Assembly: GCA_048320885.1 (NCBI GenBank)
Contig: JBLWFJ010000001.1
Location: forward strand, 1,541,642-1,605,641
Source: Nannocystaceae bacterium ST9
GTDB lineage: Bacteria > Myxococcota_A > Polyangia > Nannocystales > Nannocystaceae
Reading direction: 5' to 3'
DNA length: 64,000 nucleotides
Below the pieces are notes generated by a model that saw only the letters and a list, made by a program, of their open reading frames with translations, was not told the origin of the DNA and searched no databases. Both the position numbers and the translations under genes were made by a program. Positions 36,354 to 46,361 of this stretch are shown here, piece by piece. Position 1 is the stretch's first letter. Every line of letters starts with the position of its first letter.

Positions 36354-36905
36354 GTGACCACCTACTCAGTCGCGAACCTCGAACCCCACGACTTCGGCGA
36401 GCTCATGGCCCTCGAGGACGAGGTGTTCGGCGCCGAAGGCGAGGCCGTGCTCGGCCCCTATTACGTGCGCCTGTGCTGCGAATTCTTCGGTCGGCACTGC
36501 TTCTTGGCCCGGGCCGAGGGCAAGCCGGTCGGCTACCTGCTGAGCTTCGTGCGCGAGCGCGAAGCCTACTGCACCACGCTCGCGGTCGTGCCCGAGTTCC
36601 AGGGCTCTCGCGTCGCGCACTTGTTGCTGCGGGCCTTCGTCGGGGCGATCGCCGACGAGGTCGACTCGTGCTGGTTCACGGTCAAGCAGGACAACAAGGC
36701 CGCCCGCGCGCTGCATGCCTCGCTCGGCGCGACCGAGATGGGCGTCCGCAACGACTTCTACGGGCCCGGCGACGAGCGGATCGTCTCGAAGATCGACTCG
36801 GTCGCGTTCGCTCGCCTGCGCGCTCGCTACGAGCGGCTCGGGCTGGTCGCTCGTCGTCCGCAGCTCGTCGCGGCCGGAGGGCTCGAGCAGGCGGCGATGT
36901 CGTGA
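36354..36905 (+). CDS. GNAT family N-acyltransferase
   Basis: 183 aa with GNAT motif A region VGYLLSF...[17 protein letters not shown]. Confidence 0.7.
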   Translation: MTTYSVANLEPHDFGELMALEDEVFGAEGEAVLGPYYVRLCCEFFGRHCFLARAEGKPVGYLLSFVREREAYCTTLAVVPEFQGSRVAHLLLRAFVGAIADEVDSCWFTVKQDNKAARALHASLGATEMGVRNDFYGPGDERIVSKIDSVAFARLRARYERLGLVARRPQLVAAGGLEQAAMS

Positions 36906-37660
36906 CCCCGGCGGGCCTCGGTCGTTCGAGCCGACGCCTGACCCGGGCGAGCATGTTCGTGTTCGACGCGGCGGCCCACGTGAAGGCCCGCCTGCGTCCG
37001 CTCGCCGACTCGGCTCCGAGCTCGCTGCGTCGGCAGGGCTACCTCGCGTTCATGGCCGAGAACATGTGCGCGATGCATGGCATCGAGGTTCAGCTCGGCG
37101 GTCGAGTCCCGCGAACGCCGGCGATCCTGGTCGCCAACCACATCAGTTATCTCGATCCCCTGGTGATCATGAGCGCCGTGCCGACCTTGGCGATCGCCAA
37201 GCACGAGGTCGCGCGTTGGCCCGTGCTCGGCGAGCTGTGTCGCGGGCTCGACATGCTGCTGGTCGATCGCAGCAGCCCGCACAGCGGCGCGCGAGTGCTG
37301 CTGCGCGCCCGCACGCTGCTCGAGCGCGGCGCGTCGATCCTGGTGTTCCCCGAGGGCACGACCACCCGCGGCGACGACGTGCTGCCCTTCAAGCGCGGCG
37401 TGTTCGGGCTGGCGCGTCGGCTCGGCCTGCCGGTCGTCCCGATCGCGCTCGACTACCTCGACGAGGACGTCGCCTGGGTCGACGACATGCTCTTGCTCCC
37501 CCACTACTTCAAGACCTCCGGGCAGCCGCGGGTCGGTGCCCGGCTCGAGTTCGGCGCGCCGATGTTCGCCGAGCCGAGCGAGCGCGCCGAGCAATTCGCC
37601 GCGCGCGTCCGCGATCGCCTGTGCTCCCAGCTTCGACGAGATCACGCTCATGCAGCCTAG
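36902..37660 (+). CDS. Lysophospholipid acyltransferase (PlsC/LPLAT family)
   Basis: HX4D motif [10 protein letters not shown] and FPEGTTTRG. The GTG start overlaps the upstream stop (GTGA). Confidence 0.75.
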   Translation: MTPAGLGRSSRRLTRASMFVFDAAAHVKARLRPLADSAPSSLRRQGYLAFMAENMCAMHGIEVQLGGRVPRTPAILVANHISYLDPLVIMSAVPTLAIAKHEVARWPVLGELCRGLDMLLVDRSSPHSGARVLLRARTLLERGASILVFPEGTTTRGDDVLPFKRGVFGLARRLGLPVVPIALDYLDEDVAWVDDMLLLPHYFKTSGQPRVGARLEFGAPMFAEPSERAEQFAARVRDRLCSQLRRDHAHAA

Positions 37661-38663
37661 CTCCGCGATCGACTACCTCCGCCATGGCCAGACCCCCTTC
37701 TTTCGCCTGCCGCTCGCGCAGCCCGGACCGGTCGGCGACTCGACTCGCTTCGTGCACGCCGGCCAACGGGCGCGCGCGGTCATGCTCGGCGTGCCCTGGG
37801 ACAGCGGGACCAGCTACCTGCCCGGCGCTCGGGTGGCGCCCTATCACGTGCGTCGGGTCAGCGCGCTGGTGTCCAGCTATCACCCGCGCCACCGGCTCGA
37901 CGTGTTCGCCTCGCTGCCGACGCTCGACGGCGGCAACGTGCCGGTCTCGCCCTTCGACGCCGCGATGATGCGCGAGGCCGTGTTCGCCGAGATCATAGCC
38001 GTGCAGGGCGCGGGCGCGGTGCCCTTCGTGGTCGGTGGCGATCACTCCATCACGATCCCGATCTTGAAGGCGATCCACGCCGTGCACGGGCCGGTCTGCG
38101 TCGTGCATGTCGACGCCCACTTCGACACGACCGAGGCCGGCGTGTGGGGTGACGACTTTCACCACGGCACCCCGATCCGCCACGGGCTCGCCGAGGGCTG
38201 GATCGCCCGTGGCGGGCTCTTCCAGGTCGGTCTGCGCGGGGGCTGGAAGGACGCCCGCGAGGCCGAGCGCTCGCTGGCCCACGACGCCCGGCTGTTCCCG
38301 GCCTCGGTGTTCGAGCAGCGACCCGCCCATGCGATCGCCGACGAGATCCGGCTCGCGGTCGGGGACCGACCCCTCTATTTGAGCATCGACGTCGACGCCG
38401 TGGATCCAGCGTTCGCCCCAGGCACGGGAACCGCCGTTCCCGGTGGATTGACCAGTCGCGAATTAATCAGCTTGCTCGGCAACCTCGCCGGGTCAAAGAT
38501 CGTGGGGATGGATCTCGTCGAGGTCTCGCCGCCGCACGACCACGCAGACCTGACCAGCATGCTCGCCGCTCACCTCTTGTTCGAGGGTTCGAGCCTGCTC
38601 GCCGTCCACGAAAATTCGCGCTTGGCCGACTCACCTGGAGGGGATCCGCTGCGTGCATCGTGA
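37650..38663 (+). CDS. Arginase/agmatinase/formiminoglutamase family ureohydrolase
   Basis: Mn-ligand motifs GGDHSIT, VDAHFDT and SIDVDAVDPAFAPGTGT. Overlaps the PlsC stop by 11 nt. Confidence 0.8.
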   Translation: MQPSSAIDYLRHGQTPFFRLPLAQPGPVGDSTRFVHAGQRARAVMLGVPWDSGTSYLPGARVAPYHVRRVSALVSSYHPRHRLDVFASLPTLDGGNVPVSPFDAAMMREAVFAEIIAVQGAGAVPFVVGGDHSITIPILKAIHAVHGPVCVVHVDAHFDTTEAGVWGDDFHHGTPIRHGLAEGWIARGGLFQVGLRGGWKDAREAERSLAHDARLFPASVFEQRPAHAIADEIRLAVGDRPLYLSIDVDAVDPAFAPGTGTAVPGGLTSRELISLLGNLAGSKIVGMDLVEVSPPHDHADLTSMLAAHLLFEGSSLLAVHENSRLADSPGGDPLRAS

Positions 38664-38686
38664 TGCTCTGATCCACCATCCATCCC

Positions 38687-39724
38687 ATGGTTCGTTTTGC
38701 CGAAGCCGAACGGGTGCTGCCCGAGCTCGGCGATCTCCACGAAGTCTTGGACCTGTTCGGGGCCCAAGCGGACACGCACGTACTCGCTCGCGTCTCGCAC
38801 GGCGGCATCGAGTTCCCGATACACGGGGTCGTCGTTGGAGCACGTCGAGCTGATGCGCCCACGCTCGCGCTGATCGGCGGCGTGCATGGCCTGGAGCGGA
38901 TCGGGACCCGCGTGGTCCTGGCCGGAATGCACACCTTCGCGCAATACCTGGCCTGGGATCGGATGTTGGCGGCCGCGCTCGACGAGATCCGGCTGGTGTT
39001 CGTGCCGCTGGTCAATCCAGTCGGGATGTGGATGTTGCGGCGCTCCAACCCGCGCGGCGTCGACCTGATGCGCAACGCTCCGCCGCACCCCGACGCCTCG
39101 GGCACGCCGCTGGTCGGTGGCCACCGCTACAGCTCGCGCTTGCCTTGGTACCAGGGCCCGAGCGAAGCGCCGATGGAGCTCGAGGCCGCGGCGCTCTGCG
39201 ACTTCATGCGCGCGTGGGTGCTGCCTTCGCGGGCCGCGATCACGCTCGACGTGCACTCGGGGTTCGGCTCGATCGATCGACTCTGGTTTCCCTACGCGTA
39301 CACCCGCCGGCCCTTCCCGAGCCTGGCCGAGGCCTACGCGCTCAAGTGTCTGCTCGACGATACGATGCCGCACCACATCTACGAATACGAGCCGGTCTCG
39401 CGCAACTATCGAGTCCAGGGCGACCTGTGGGACTTTCTCTACGACGAGCGGCGCAAGGCCGAGATCGAGGGGCCCTTCTTGCCGCTCACGCTCGAGCTCG
39501 GCTCGTGGGCGTGGGTCCGCAAGAACCCGGCGCAATTGCTCGACGTGCTCGGCAGCTTCAACCCGATCCGTCCGCATCGCCTGCGCCGCACGCTGCGTCG
39601 GCACCTGCCCTTGATCGAATTTCTGCTGCGCGCGGTCGCGGGCAGCCGGGCTTGGTCGGCGTTCGAGCCCCACGAGCGCCAGCGGCTCGAGTCGGAGGGG
39701 TTTCGGCTGTGGTTCGCGCGCTGA
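38687..39724 (+). CDS. M14-like zinc carboxypeptidase-fold protein (DUF2817-like)
   Basis: HxxE zinc motif GGVHGLERIG. 345 aa. Confidence 0.6.
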   Translation: MVRFAEAERVLPELGDLHEVLDLFGAQADTHVLARVSHGGIEFPIHGVVVGARRADAPTLALIGGVHGLERIGTRVVLAGMHTFAQYLAWDRMLAAALDEIRLVFVPLVNPVGMWMLRRSNPRGVDLMRNAPPHPDASGTPLVGGHRYSSRLPWYQGPSEAPMELEAAALCDFMRAWVLPSRAAITLDVHSGFGSIDRLWFPYAYTRRPFPSLAEAYALKCLLDDTMPHHIYEYEPVSRNYRVQGDLWDFLYDERRKAEIEGPFLPLTLELGSWAWVRKNPAQLLDVLGSFNPIRPHRLRRTLRRHLPLIEFLLRAVAGSRAWSAFEPHERQRLESEGFRLWFAR

Positions 39725-40482
39725 GCGAGCGCTTCGTGCTGGTCCGCGGGCTCGCGCGCGCGGCCGGGCATTGGCACGACTTCGATACCGGGCTGCGCGA
39801 GCGCTTCGTGAACGCGACGATCGAGCGGCACGACCTGGCCGGCAACGGCGATCAATGCCGGCGGGCGAGCCCGATTCGGATCGCCGAATTGGCCGAGGAT
39901 CTGCGCGAGCGCGTGCTCGCTCGTGATCCGCGGCCGCCGGTGGTGATCGCGATCTCGCTGGGGGCGATGGTCGGGCTCACCTGGCTCTCGCGCCGGCCGA
40001 GCGAGCTGCGCGGGCTGGTCACGATCAACACCAGCGCCGGCAAGCTGAGCTCGCCGCTGCGGCGGATGCAGCCGCACGCGATCGGGCACACGCTGCGGGC
40101 GATGGTCGAGCGCGACGCGGTCGCTCGTGAGGAGCGGATTCTCGCGCTGACGACTCGGCGATTCGGGCGGGATGTCGAGCTCGCGCGCAGGCAGGCCGCG
40201 ATGCTGCGCGAGCAGCCGATCGCGCGGATCAACGTGCTTCGCCAGATCGTCGCGGCTGCGGGGTTTCGGGTCGATCCGAGCGCGGTGCCGCGCGAGCACG
40301 CGCCGATCTTGATGTTGGCGTCGCGCGGCGATCGAATGGTCGACCCGGCGTGCACGGTCGCGCTCGCGCGGGCGTTCGGGGCCACGCGGATCGAGCATCC
40401 CGATGCCGGGCATGATTTGACGTTGGATGATCCGCGCTGGATCGTCGAGCGGGTGTTCGAGTGGATGTCCGCTCGTGCTTGA
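39709..40482 (+). CDS. Alpha/beta hydrolase
   Basis: The GTG at 39709 overlaps the upstream stop. N-terminus FVLVRGLARAAGHW, nucleophile-elbow-like ISLGAMVG. Confidence 0.65.
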   Translation: MVRALSERFVLVRGLARAAGHWHDFDTGLRERFVNATIERHDLAGNGDQCRRASPIRIAELAEDLRERVLARDPRPPVVIAISLGAMVGLTWLSRRPSELRGLVTINTSAGKLSSPLRRMQPHAIGHTLRAMVERDAVAREERILALTTRRFGRDVELARRQAAMLREQPIARINVLRQIVAAAGFRVDPSAVPREHAPILMLASRGDRMVDPACTVALARAFGATRIEHPDAGHDLTLDDPRWIVERVFEWMSARA

Positions 40483-40490
40483 TTGAGCGT

Positions 40491-40535
40491 TCGGATCCTT
40501 CGCACGGATCCTTCGCGCGGATCCTTCGCGGATGA
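40491..40535. repeat. Three tandem copies of a GGATCCTTCGC(a/g)c(g) unit
   Basis: cggatccttcgcacggatccttcgcgcggatccttcgcgg, immediately after the alpha/beta hydrolase stop. Confidence 0.7.
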
Positions 40536-40560
40536 TCACTTGCCCGACCAAGGGGCCATA

Positions 40561-40646
40561 CGGACGGAATCATGACCCCGCTGCCGGGCTCGTCTCGATC
40601 CTTCGGGGGCCTCTGCTCGCCCTCCCGGTGTCATGATTCCGTCCGC
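40561..40646. repeat. 16-bp perfect inverted repeat pair separated by about 52 nt
   Basis: cggacggaatcatgac ... gtcatgattccgtccg. Confidence 0.65.
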
Positions 40647-40739
40647 GCGCCTTCGAGTTTTCCATGGTCCACTCCGCCACCTCCAGGGACCGCGGGACCG
40701 GATCTCGAGCAATCTGGTCTCGGAGATGATGCCTCCGAT

Positions 40740-41141
40740 TCAATCGCTCATTCGAGTCGGGCAGCGCTTCGTGGCCATCTCTGAAATCTCGACGGTCATG
40801 CCAAATCCATGATTTCGGTCTTCGGGCAAGTAGACGTAGAGCCGCAACTCGTGTAGGTCCGCACCCACCGCGATCTCGACGCCGATTCGGTCATGGAGCA
40901 GTGTGCGAGCCACGGGTCCCCCGACATCGACCGGACTCGCTCGAACCTTGGCGTCGAGGGTTCGAGCCACGCGCCGAGCCGTTTCGACGTCACCGGGGAC
41001 GCAGCGTTCGATCATCGAGATCAGCTCGATCTCGTTGGCGTAGACCTCGGCCTCGCGGCGGAGGAATTCGTCCGGGCCCGTACATTTGCAGGCGACCCCG
41101 TAACACAGGACGTTGATCCACGTCAGGAGCCTCGTCTGCAT
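40740..41141 (-). CDS. Hypothetical protein
   Basis: 133 aa with protein-like composition (MQTRLLTWINVLCYGVACKC...) and no recognisable motif. Confidence 0.4.
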   Translation of the reverse strand: MQTRLLTWINVLCYGVACKCTGPDEFLRREAEVYANEIELISMIERCVPGDVETARRVARTLDAKVRASPVDVGGPVARTLLHDRIGVEIAVGADLHELRLYVYLPEDRNHGFGMTVEISEMATKRCPTRMSD

Positions 41142-41374
41142 CGAACGATGGATAGTCGAGGTTCTCGGCGCGGCAACTCGGATTCCGGCGTTGCCGATTC
41201 GTCGACGCGACGACCGTGTTCATGCCACGCGATCGCAACGATCGACCCCGACGTCGCAATCGCGTGACAATGCGACATTCGAGTGTCGCCGCCGGCGTCG
41301 GCGTGCGCACGGATCCACGATCGTCACCGGGAAGTTGAACGCGCGCCGACGCGCATCGGCGAGATTCCGCCGCG

Positions 41375-42982
41375 ATGGCAATCGGACGACGCAACTTCAT
41401 CATCACCGGTGGCGCGGCCACCCTCGGGCTCTCGCTGGCCACGCTGGCCACGCACAAGCAGGCGCGGGCGCGCGGGTTCGGTGAGCTCATCCCCGATCCC
41501 GAGGGGATCCTCGATCTGCCGGAGGGGTTCAGCTATCAGGTCCTCGAGACCGTGGGCGACGGCATGGACGACGGGTATCGGGTGCCGGGCAAACCCGATG
41601 GAATGGCCTGTTTTCCGGGCCCCGACAATACGCTGATCTTGATGCGCAACCACGAGGTCGGCGTCGGCGACATCCTCAATGGGCCCTACGCGCTGGGTCA
41701 ACTGCCGCCGGCCGAAGCCTATGAGCCTGCGGCGATGGGCGGAGTGAGTCGGCTGGTGGTCGACGCGACGACCTACGCGCGGGTGTCGAGCAACCTCGTG
41801 CTGGTCGGGACCATTCGCAATTGTGCGGGCGGGCCGAGCCCCTGGGGCTGGTTGAGCTGCGAGGAGAACACCGACGTCAACGGCGAGTATCGGCACGGCT
41901 ACACCTTCGTGTGCCCGACCGACGCCGAGTCGGTCCTGGCTCCGCAGCGGATCACCGGCTACGGGCGCTACAACCACGAGGCGGTCGCGATCGATCCGAG
42001 CAACTACTACGCGTACCTGACCGAGGATCGCGGCGACTCGTGCCTCTATCGCTTCGTGCCGACCGACATGGCCGAGCCCTTCGTCGGCCAGCTGCAGGCG
42101 CTGCGGGTGGTCGGCGTCGACGAGTACGAGACCGACGGCATGGCGGCCGGCGAGGTCGTCGACGTCGAATGGGTCGACATCGATCAACCCGATCCCAACG
42201 GCGACACGGTCCGGACCGAGGCCCAGGACAAGGGCGCGGCGATCTTCGTGCGCGGCGAGGGCATCTGGTTCTTCGAGGGTCAGATCTACGTCTGCTCGAC
42301 CAGCGGTGGCGAGGTCGGAGCCGGGCAGATCTTCCGGCTGATCGACGGCGACGCGCCGACGCTCGAGCTGGTCGTGCAGTCGACCGACACGGCCGAGCTG
42401 CAGAGCCCCGACAACATCACGGTCGCGCCCTGGGGCGAGGTGTTCGTCGCCGAGGACGGCGACGGCGACAACTTCATCCGCTGGGTCACCGCCGAGGGCC
42501 AGATCTGCACCTTCGCCCGCAACGCGGCCAGCGACAGCGAGTTCGCCGGTGTGTGCTTCTCGCCCGACGGCAAGGCGATGTTCGTCAACATCCAGGCCGA
42601 CGGGCTCACGCTGGTGGTGACCGGGCCCTTCCCGATGGTGATGATCCCCGGCGACGACACGACCGACACCGACTCGACCGACGACAGCGAGGGCACGGAC
42701 TCGAGCGACGGCAGCGAGGGCACGGACTCGAGCGACTCGGGCGAGGAGAGCACGACGTCGGGCGAGGGCGAGTCGGGCACGACGTCCGAGAGCGATGGCG
42801 AGGGCAGCGGCGACGAGATCGCCGACGACGAGAGTGGCGGCACCGACGAGACCGGCGCGGCGGTCGGGGACGAGGCCGAGGGCTGCAGTTGCTCGACCTC
42901 GGGCGAGTCCTCGGGTCTCGGCGCGCTGGTCACGGGGCTGGCGACGGTCGCCTTCGGTGCCATGATTCGCGATCGTGAATGA
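41375..42982 (+). CDS. PhoX-family (DUF839) alkaline phosphatase-like, TAT-secreted, MYXO-CTERM tail (paralog 1)
   Basis: TAT motif GRRNFII, beta-propeller-like body, acidic S/T/D/E linker, then GCSCSTSGE + hydrophobic helix + RDRE. Confidence 0.8.
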   Translation: MAIGRRNFIITGGAATLGLSLATLATHKQARARGFGELIPDPEGILDLPEGFSYQVLETVGDGMDDGYRVPGKPDGMACFPGPDNTLILMRNHEVGVGDILNGPYALGQLPPAEAYEPAAMGGVSRLVVDATTYARVSSNLVLVGTIRNCAGGPSPWGWLSCEENTDVNGEYRHGYTFVCPTDAESVLAPQRITGYGRYNHEAVAIDPSNYYAYLTEDRGDSCLYRFVPTDMAEPFVGQLQALRVVGVDEYETDGMAAGEVVDVEWVDIDQPDPNGDTVRTEAQDKGAAIFVRGEGIWFFEGQIYVCSTSGGEVGAGQIFRLIDGDAPTLELVVQSTDTAELQSPDNITVAPWGEVFVAEDGDGDNFIRWVTAEGQICTFARNAASDSEFAGVCFSPDGKAMFVNIQADGLTLVVTGPFPMVMIPGDDTTDTDSTDDSEGTDSSDGSEGTDSSDSGEESTTSGEGESGTTSESDGEGSGDEIADDESGGTDETGAAVGDEAEGCSCSTSGESSGLGALVTGLATVAFGAMIRDRE

Positions 42983-42990
42983 TGGTGGCC

Positions 42991-43018
42991 AAGATCGAGT
43001 GACGCGTCACTCGATCTT
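42991..43018. repeat. Perfect 28-bp palindrome just after the phoX-1 stop and before phoX-2
   Basis: aagatcgagtgacg|cgtcactcgatctt. Confidence 0.7.
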
Positions 43019-43068
43019 CACTCGACTATCCGAAGGGTTGTCACGCGAGCGAGAGAGATTTCCCCGCG

Positions 43069-44634
43069 ATGGCATCCTTCGGACTCGGTCGACGCAAGTT
43101 CTTCCTCGCGAGCGGCGCGGCCACCCTCGGCCTCACGCTCGCCTCGCTCGCCACTCGCAAGCGTGCGAACGCTCGCAACCTGGGTGACTTGGTCCCCGAC
43201 CCCGCGGGCGTGCTCGACCTGCCGCCCGGGTTCAGCTACCAGATCCTCGATCAGTTCGAAGACGACATGGACGACGGCTATCGGGTGCCGGCCCGACCCG
43301 ACGGCATGGCCTGCTTCGCGGGTCCCGACAACACGCTGATCCTCATGCGCAATCATGAGAACAGCTTCGGTGACCAAAACGGGCCCTACACGGGCGACCA
43401 GACCCCGCCACCCGAGGCCTACGTGGCCCAGGCCAACGGCGGCGTCACCCGCATGGTCGTCGACGCCACGACCTTCGAGCGGATCTCCAGCAACCTCGTG
43501 CTGATCGGGACTCGCCGCAATTGCTCCGGCGGACCGAGCCCTTGGGGCTGGTTGAGCTGCGAAGAGGACGTGACCAACAGCTCCAACGGTCGGCACGGCT
43601 ACGTGTTCCTGTGTTCGATCGACGCCACGTCGGTTCAGGCGCCCAATCGCATCGATGGCTATGGTCGCTACAATCATGAGGCGGCCGCGATCGACCCGAG
43701 CAACTACCACGCCTATCTGACCGAGGACCAACTCGATTCGTGCCTGTATCGCTTCGTGCCCGACGACATGGCCGACCCCTTCGTCGGCAAGCTGCAGGCG
43801 CTCAAGGTGGTCGGGATCGACAACTTCGCGACCGGCGGCATGGCTGACGGCGAGGTCGTCGACATCGAGTGGGTCGACATCGACGAGCCCGATCCCGAGA
43901 CCGACACCGTCCGCGACGAGGCCCAAGCCAAGGGCGGCGCGCTCTTCATTCGCGCCGAGGGCATCTGCTTCTTCGAGGGACAGATCTACATCTGCACGAC
44001 GGCCGGCGGCCCGGTCTACGCCGGCCAGATCTTTCGGTTGATCGATGGCGCCACGCCGACCCTCGAGTTGGTCGTGCAGTCGCACGCGTTGCCCGAGCTC
44101 GAGGCCCCCGACAACATCGTCGTGGCGCCCTGGGGTGAGGTGTTCCTGTGCGAGGACGGCAACGGCGACAACTACATCCGCTGGGTCACCGCCGAGGGCC
44201 AGATCTGCACCTTCGCCCACAACGCGGCCAGCGACAGCGAGTTCGCCGGCGTGTGCTTCTCGCCCGACGGCAAGGCGATGTTCGTCAACCTCCAGGCCGA
44301 CGGCATCACCTTGGTGATCACCGGACCTTTCCCCAGCGACGCGCCTGGGGATGGCGACGGCGACACCACCGACACGACCGAGAGCACCGACACCGACGCC
44401 GGCGAGAGCGAGGGTGACTCGGCGGGTGGCTCGAGCGAGGGCGACGCGACGGGCACCGGCGACGAGATCGCCGACGAGAGCGGCACCGGCGACGAGACCG
44501 GCGCGGCGATCGGGGACGAGGCCGAGGGTTGCAGCTGCTCGACGAGCGGCGAGCAGACCAGCGTCGGCGCGTTGGTCACGGGGCTGGCCGCGATGGCGCT
44601 GGGCAGCCTGGTCCGCGAGCGCGATCACGAGTAG
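43069..44634 (+). CDS. PhoX-family protein with TAT signal and MYXO-CTERM tail (paralog 2)
   Basis: GRRKFFL TAT motif. Roughly 65-70% identical to paralog 1 across the length. Ends ...EGCSCSTSGEQTSVGALVTGLAAMALGSLVRERDHE. Confidence 0.8.
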   Translation: MASFGLGRRKFFLASGAATLGLTLASLATRKRANARNLGDLVPDPAGVLDLPPGFSYQILDQFEDDMDDGYRVPARPDGMACFAGPDNTLILMRNHENSFGDQNGPYTGDQTPPPEAYVAQANGGVTRMVVDATTFERISSNLVLIGTRRNCSGGPSPWGWLSCEEDVTNSSNGRHGYVFLCSIDATSVQAPNRIDGYGRYNHEAAAIDPSNYHAYLTEDQLDSCLYRFVPDDMADPFVGKLQALKVVGIDNFATGGMADGEVVDIEWVDIDEPDPETDTVRDEAQAKGGALFIRAEGICFFEGQIYICTTAGGPVYAGQIFRLIDGATPTLELVVQSHALPELEAPDNIVVAPWGEVFLCEDGNGDNYIRWVTAEGQICTFAHNAASDSEFAGVCFSPDGKAMFVNLQADGITLVITGPFPSDAPGDGDGDTTDTTESTDTDAGESEGDSAGGSSEGDATGTGDEIADESGTGDETGAAIGDEAEGCSCSTSGEQTSVGALVTGLAAMALGSLVRERDHE

Positions 44635-44677
44635 TTCCACCGTCGCAGTCGAGTTCGCATGCGTGTTAGCCTCGCGC

Positions 44678-46360
44678 ATGCGAACTTCGACTTGGCGGGC
44701 GATCGGCGGCTCGGTGGCCGCGATCGTGATATCGACCGGCTGCGGCACCCCGAGCAGCGACGAGGGCACCAGCAGCGACTCGCTGTCCAGCAGCGACGAC
44801 GAGATCGGGACCAGCGAGTCGACCAGCGAGTCGGCGAGCGAGGACTCGAGCTCGTCGATGGACGACGCGAGCACGAGCGAGAGCGAGGCCGACTCGGGCA
44901 TCAAGTTCGACATGGCGCCGATCCCCGACGGCGAGGACACCGGTCCGCCCGGCGATCTGTGCAAGGTCGTCGACGACATGAACGCGGTCGGCGACTGCCG
45001 CGAGACCGCGCCGCCCGACGCGTTCGAGCCCGACGTGCAGTGGGACTGGTGGGGACCGAACGGCGAGGTCGAGTCGCTGGTTCCGCCGCTGGTCGCCAAC
45101 CTGACCGACGACAACGACGACGGGGCGATCGACCTGTGCGACATCCCCGACGTGATCGTGGTCGCGACCGCGTTCCCCAACAACGCGCACATCTACGTGC
45201 TCGACGGCGAGACCGGCACGCTGCACTTCCAGGTCCCGATGAACGTGGCCTGGTCGATCACGCCGGCGATCGGCGACATCGACTTCGACGGGATCCCCGA
45301 GATCGTCGCGGCGGTCGGGCCCGGGTTCGGCGGCGGCGGACAGATCGCGGCGTTCGAACACGACGGGACCCACATCTGGACGAGCAACGAGCAGTGGGAG
45401 CACAGCCAGGGCGGTTCGATCGCGCTGGCCGACCTCGACAACGACGGCGACGTCGAGATCCTCGGCGACCGGATCGTGCTCGATCACCTCGGCAACACCG
45501 TGTTCGTCGCGCCGGCCCAGCAGGGCGCGCCGCAGAACACGGCCGTGACCGCGGCCGACCTCGACGGCGACGGCGACCTCGAGGTCGTGCTCGGTCAGAG
45601 CGCCTATCACCACGACGGCGCGCAGGTCTACTTCAACGGCGGGGTGACGGCCGGGTTCCCGCAGATCGGCAACCTCGACGCCGACCCGCAGCCCGAGATC
45701 CTGGTCAGCAGCGACGCCGGCGTGACCGTGCTCGAGCACGACGGCACGACCAAGTATTTGAACGCGCATCCCGGCGGGACCTTCCCGGCGTTCCGACCGG
45801 CGGCGATCCACGACTTCGACGGCGACGACGTGGCCGAGTTCGCGGTCAGCTCGAGCTCGGTCTACTCGGTCTACGAGACCGCGCCCTCGGTGCTGTGGAG
45901 CGCGGCGATCACCGACAGCAGCGGCTGGTCGGGCGGGACCGCGTTCGACTTCGACGGCGACGGCGTGGCCGAGGCGATGTACGCCGACGAGACCCAGCTC
46001 TTCATCTTCGACGGCCAGGGCATCCCGCTGCTGACCGTGCCCCGCAGCGCGCGGACGCTGACCGAGTATCCGGTCGTGGCCGACGTCGACAACGACGGCT
46101 CGGCCGAGATCATCGTGGTCTCCGACGCCGGGTTCGACAACAACCAGACCTCGCCGACCGTGCAGGTGATCCGCGACGTCGAGGATCGCTGGATCCAGGC
46201 CCGGCGGATCTGGAATCAGCACACCTACCACGTGACCAACGTGCGCGAGGACGGGACCATCCCGCAGTTCGAGCAGCCCAACTGGGAGACGCTCAACACG
46301 TTCCGGACCAACGTGCAGATCGAGGGCGGCTCGATCTGCGATCCCGAGCCGCAGGGCTGA
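44678..46360 (+). CDS. FG-GAP/VCBS-repeat beta-propeller lipoprotein
   Basis: Start MRTSTWRAIGG...ISTGC (lipobox). Ser/Asp/Glu linker. Repeated FDGDG / DLDNDGDVE / DFDGDGVAE calcium-binding-like motifs. Confidence 0.75.
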   Translation: MRTSTWRAIGGSVAAIVISTGCGTPSSDEGTSSDSLSSSDDEIGTSESTSESASEDSSSSMDDASTSESEADSGIKFDMAPIPDGEDTGPPGDLCKVVDDMNAVGDCRETAPPDAFEPDVQWDWWGPNGEVESLVPPLVANLTDDNDDGAIDLCDIPDVIVVATAFPNNAHIYVLDGETGTLHFQVPMNVAWSITPAIGDIDFDGIPEIVAAVGPGFGGGGQIAAFEHDGTHIWTSNEQWEHSQGGSIALADLDNDGDVEILGDRIVLDHLGNTVFVAPAQQGAPQNTAVTAADLDGDGDLEVVLGQSAYHHDGAQVYFNGGVTAGFPQIGNLDADPQPEILVSSDAGVTVLEHDGTTKYLNAHPGGTFPAFRPAAIHDFDGDDVAEFAVSSSSVYSVYETAPSVLWSAAITDSSGWSGGTAFDFDGDGVAEAMYADETQLFIFDGQGIPLLTVPRSARTLTEYPVVADVDNDGSAEIIVVSDAGFDNNQTSPTVQVIRDVEDRWIQARRIWNQHTYHVTNVREDGTIPQFEQPNWETLNTFRTNVQIEGGSICDPEPQG

Positions 46361-46361
46361 G

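Noticed and set aside
36260-37660. N-terminal 214 aa of ORF 36260..37660
   Set aside because: It overlaps the GNAT gene in another frame and is R-rich. The PlsC gene more plausibly starts at the GTG at 36902, coupled to the GNAT stop.
41113-41374. Possible Pho-box or regulatory repeats upstream of phoX-1 (gtgacaatgcgacattcgagtgtcgc)
   Set aside because: Only a weak, short inverted motif. It cannot be distinguished from chance by eye.
44351-44677. N-terminal 109 aa of ORF 44351..46360 (and ORF 44659..46401)
   Set aside because: It overlaps the phoX-2 3' end and is R/A/P-rich. The FG-GAP gene starts at the ATG at 44678, which gives a proper lipoprotein signal.
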